This document shows, piece after piece, positions 61,142-64,000 of a stretch of 64,000 nucleotides of DNA (positions are counted from its first letter, which is position 1; each line of letters starts with the position of its first letter). The notes under the pieces are model-generated. The model was not told the DNA's origin. It saw only the letters and a list, made by a program, of their open reading frames with translations, and searched no databases. This DNA comes from Gaiellaceae bacterium (lineage in GTDB: Bacteria; Actinomycetota; Thermoleophilia; Gaiellales; Gaiellaceae), in assembly GCA_036279015.1 (NCBI GenBank), contig DASUJY010000072.1:962-64961 (forward strand), read 5' to 3'. Position numbers and translations under genes: made by a program.

Positions 61142-62191
61142 TCAGCCGGCGCCGTCTTCGAGAGCCCGGCGCTGCTCCTCAGCGGTCAGCGCCTCGGTGA
61201 AATCGTCGAGGTCGCCCTCGACGATGCGATCGAGCCGCTTGATCGTGAGGTTGACCCGGTGATCCGTGACCCGGTTGTCGGGATAGTTGTACGTGCGGAT
61301 CTTCTCCGCGCGTGCGCCGCGCCCGATCTGCGAGCGGCGCGCTGCCGAGAGCTCCTCCTCCTGGCGCTCGCGCTCGAGCTCGAGCAACCGGGCGCGGAGC
61401 ACGCGCAGCGCCTTCGTCTTGTTCTGCAGCTGCGATTTCTCGTCCTGCATGGCCACGACGAGCCCCGTCGGCAAGTGCGTCACGCGCACGGCGGAGTCGG
61501 TCGTGTTCACACTCTGGCCGCCCGGCCCCGTCGAGCGGTAGACGTCGATCTTGAGGTCGTTCGGGTCGATCTCGACCTCGACCTCCTCGGCTTCGGGCAT
61601 GACGGCGACGGTCGCCGTCGACGTGTGGATCCGCCCCTGCGACTCCGTCGCCGGCACCCGCTGGACCCGGTGCGTGCCCCCCTCCCACTTGAAGATCGAG
61701 TACGCGCCGTCGCCCTTGATCGCGAACGTGACGTCGTTGTAGCCCCCGGTCTCGCTCGGGTTCGAGCCGAGCACCTCCGGACGGAAGCCGCGCCGCTCGG
61801 CAAAGCGCGTCAGCATGCGGAACAGGTCGCCGGCCCAGATCGCGCCCTCGTCCCCGCCCGTGCCTTTGCGGATCTCAACGATGACGTCCTTCTCGTCGTT
61901 CGGGTCGCGCTCGACCAGGGCGAGCTTGAGCTCCTCCTCGAGCTCGTGGAGCCGGCGCTCGAGCTCGGGGACGAGCCCGCGGAGCTCCCCGTCTCCGTGG
62001 GCGGCCTCGAGGTCTTCGTTCGTCGAGCGCCACTCCTGCGCGAGCTTGAACGGGCCCTCAAGCTCCTTCAGCCGGCGCCCGGCGGCCGCGGCCGCATGGT
62101 GGTCGGAGAAGATCGCGGGGTCGCTCATTCGCTCCTGCGCGTCTGCGTAGGAACGCTCGAGCTCCTCGATCAGGCTCTCGATCCCGGCCAT
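61142..62191 (-). CDS. prfA: peptide chain release factor 1
   Basis: PAT codon-recognition tripeptide (RVQRVPATESQGRIHTS) and the GGQ motif (STGPGGQSVNTT). Confidence 0.97.
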   Translation of the reverse strand: MAGIESLIEELERSYADAQERMSDPAIFSDHHAAAAAGRRLKELEGPFKLAQEWRSTNEDLEAAHGDGELRGLVPELERRLHELEEELKLALVERDPNDEKDVIVEIRKGTGGDEGAIWAGDLFRMLTRFAERRGFRPEVLGSNPSETGGYNDVTFAIKGDGAYSIFKWEGGTHRVQRVPATESQGRIHTSTATVAVMPEAEEVEVEIDPNDLKIDVYRSTGPGGQSVNTTDSAVRVTHLPTGLVVAMQDEKSQLQNKTKALRVLRARLLELERERQEEELSAARRSQIGRGARAEKIRTYNYPDNRVTDHRVNLTIKRLDRIVEGDLDDFTEALTAEEQRRALEDGAG

Positions 62192-62247
62192 GGAGTCAGC
62201 ATAGACTCAGGGTATGGCGGAAATGCCCGCCGGTACGGGCTAGATGG

Positions 62248-62688
62248 TCAGGCGACGAGCTCGGCGCGGACGTCGACCTCGACGTTCCCGCGCAGCGCGT
62301 TCGAAACCGGACAGCCCGCCTCGGCCTCGCTGATCGCCGCCTCGAACTCGGTCTGTTCGAGCCCAGCTGCCTGCACCCGGACGTCGAGGTCCATCGACGT
62401 GATCCCGTAGCCACCGCTCTCCACCGGCTCGAACCGGCACGCCGCGTCGACCTCGATGCGCTGCGGGTCGTGGCCGCCGCCGGCGAGCACGTTCGAGAGG
62501 GCCATCGAGAAGCAGGCGGCGTGGGCCGCCGCGATCAGCTCCTCCGGGCTCGTCATCCCGCCCGCCTCCTCGGTCCGCGCCTTCCAGGTCACGGCCTGCT
62601 GGCCGAACGCGCCGCTCTCGACGGTGACGTTGCCGTCCCCCTCGAGCAGGCTTCCCTGCCAGACAGCGTGTGCTCGTCGCTCGGCTAT
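62248..62688 (-). CDS. osmC: OsmC-family peroxiredoxin-like protein; homology-defined start codon is ATA
   Basis: PEELIAAAHAACFSMALS and C-terminal AEAGCPVSNAL. 32 in-frame codons upstream of GTG 62592 (IAERRAHAVWQGSLLEGDGNVTVESGAFGQQA) align without gaps to my remembered E. coli OsmC N-terminus. Confidence 0.8.
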   Translation of the reverse strand: MAERRAHAVWQGSLLEGDGNVTVESGAFGQQAVTWKARTEEAGGMTSPEELIAAAHAACFSMALSNVLAGGGHDPQRIEVDAACRFEPVESGGYGITSMDLDVRVQAAGLEQTEFEAAISEAEAGCPVSNALRGNVEVDVRAELVA

Positions 62689-63599
62689 GCCATTACCTCG
62701 ACCTTGCGCTCCTCGGGCGTCAACCGTCCCTCGAGACGGAGGACTTCCCGGAGGGCCCTGATCGAAACCTCGATCTGGTCGAGGGAGGGCTCCCGCGTGG
62801 TCAGGCGCTGGAGCCAGAGGCCGGGCGCGAGCAGAGAGCGCAGAACCGGGTTTTGCGCGTGCCGGCCGGCGAAGCGGATGATCTCGTACGCGATCCCGGC
62901 GATGACCGGCAGGAGCAGGATGCGCGTCACGATCAGCCAGTACCAGGCGGGCCGCCCGAAGAAGGCGAAGACGAAGATCGCAACGACCATGACGTAGAGG
63001 AGGAATGCGGTGCCGCAGCGGACGTGCAGGAGGCTGTGGCGCTGCACGTTCTCCGGGGTCAGCTCCGCCCCGGCCTCGTACGCGTTGATCGCCTTGTGCT
63101 CGGCCGCGTGGTACTGGAAGACGCGCTTCAGGTCGGGCAGCATCGAGATCAGGAGCAGGTAGAGGACGAAGATCGTGACGCGGACGATGCCCTCGACGAC
63201 GACGAAGCCCCCGGTCGAGTCGATCGGCAGCCAGTTCGTGATGAGCGCCGGCGAGACCTTGAAGAGGAGGAGCGCGAAGCCGATCGCGACCCCGAACGCG
63301 AACAGGAGCTGCCCACGCGTGAGCTCCGTCTCGACCTCGCCGTCCTTCCCTTCCTCCTGGGCTGCATAGTTCGCCGAGATCGCGAGCGCCCGGAAGCCGA
63401 TCGCGAGCGACTCGCCGAGCGCGATCACCCCGCGGACGACGGGCAGCCGCATCCAGCGATGGCGGAGGAGGACGGAGGCGATCGGCCGGTTGACCTCGGC
63501 GATCAGCCCGTCCGGCTTGCGCACGGCGACCGACCAGTTGGACGGGCCGCGCATCATCACGCCCTCCAGGACGGCCTGGCCTCCGATTGGGGCGCTCAT
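62685..63599 (-). CDS. DUF1385-family membrane protein
   Basis: IGGQAVLEGVMMR, YHAAEHK, and a typical position between rpmE and prfA/prmC. Confidence 0.85.
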   Translation of the reverse strand: MSAPIGGQAVLEGVMMRGPSNWSVAVRKPDGLIAEVNRPIASVLLRHRWMRLPVVRGVIALGESLAIGFRALAISANYAAQEEGKDGEVETELTRGQLLFAFGVAIGFALLLFKVSPALITNWLPIDSTGGFVVVEGIVRVTIFVLYLLLISMLPDLKRVFQYHAAEHKAINAYEAGAELTPENVQRHSLLHVRCGTAFLLYVMVVAIFVFAFFGRPAWYWLIVTRILLLPVIAGIAYEIIRFAGRHAQNPVLRSLLAPGLWLQRLTTREPSLDQIEVSIRALREVLRLEGRLTPEERKVEVMA

Positions 63600-63616
63600 G
63601 CCTCTTCTGTCGCTCT

Positions 63617-63826
63617 TTAGGCCCGGCCGGCCTTCTCGAGGCGCCGCTGGAAGCGCTCGACGCGTCCGCCGGTGTCCATGAGCTTCTGCTTGCCGGTGTA
63701 GAAGGGGTGGCACTCGGAGCAGATCTCGACGTGCAGCTCCGGCTTGGTGGATCGTGTCTGGAAGTCGTTCCCGCACGAGCAGCGAACGGTGGCGAGAACG
63801 TAGTCGGGATGGATGTCAGGCTTCAT
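63617..63826 (-). CDS. rpmE: 50S ribosomal protein L31 (zinc-binding type)
   Basis: MKPDIHPDY...CSCG...[13 protein letters not shown]. Confidence 0.96.
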   Translation of the reverse strand: MKPDIHPDYVLATVRCSCGNDFQTRSTKPELHVEICSECHPFYTGKQKLMDTGGRVERFQRRLEKAGRA

Positions 63827-64000
63827 GTCCCACTCAGAATAGCAGCGGCGGTCTGGGGCGAAACGTTGCCTCCCGAGACGACAACCGCGACCGTCCTGCC
63901 TTCCACGTCCGGGACCTTCCCCGCAAGCAGGGCGCCCACTCCCGCCGCCGCCCCGGGCTCGGCCGCGAGCTTCGCGCGCTCGTAGAGGAAGCGAAAGCCG
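63823..64000 (-). CDS. PLP-dependent threonine/serine dehydratase-like enzyme, C-terminal end only (5' part outside window)
   Basis: The minus-frame translation ...[47 protein letters not shown] is typical of the fold-type II PLP C-terminus. ATGA overlap with rpmE. Confidence 0.55.
   Translation of the reverse strand, partial: GFRFLYERAKLAAEPGAAAGVGALLAGKVPDVEGRTVAVVVSGGNVSPQTAAAILSGT

Overview
High-GC (roughly 70%) bacterial chromosomal segment. Gene content and order look actinobacterial, but no organism can be named from the sequence alone. Coding density is very high, and many neighbouring genes overlap stop-to-start (ATGA, GTGA, TAGTG), suggesting translational coupling. Every gene I call from 17.5 kb to the end lies on the minus strand. 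The backbone is a set of conserved housekeeping blocks: rpmE-DUF1385-osmC-prfA-prmC-tsaC-glyA-upp-wecA-atp operon; a methionine/SAM-cycle and NDP-sugar/cell-envelope block (metE-like pair, ybdK, LCP, ugd, ahcY, mtnA); comFC-hpf-secA; and prfB-ftsEX-ctpA-rnr-smpB-ssrA. Two stretches look accessory. (1) A 12.3-kb segment (5198-17541) is bracketed by exact 34-nt direct repeats of the tmRNA 3' end. It carries no integrase, and its cargo is a divergent two-operon module for uptake and breakdown of D-amino-acid-containing peptides. (2) A 7.3-kb co-directional insertion (43887-51160) splits the F1Fo ATP synthase operon between atpG and atpD. It holds a Kelch protein, an Opp-type ABC transporter and an orphan zinc anti-sigma factor. 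Other points: the canonical prfB +1 frameshift site; a split two-gene MetE; a MIP channel, formaldehyde dehydrogenase and Rieske oxygenase trio; a gene-decay patch with a truncated transaldolase; and several genes whose homology-defined N-termini have no ATG/GTG/TTG (candidate ATA, ATC and CTG starts). No CRISPR array, rRNA, tRNA, transposase or integrase was seen. All calls rest on reading the ORF translations and the DNA by eye. No database search was run, and start codons are the least certain part.
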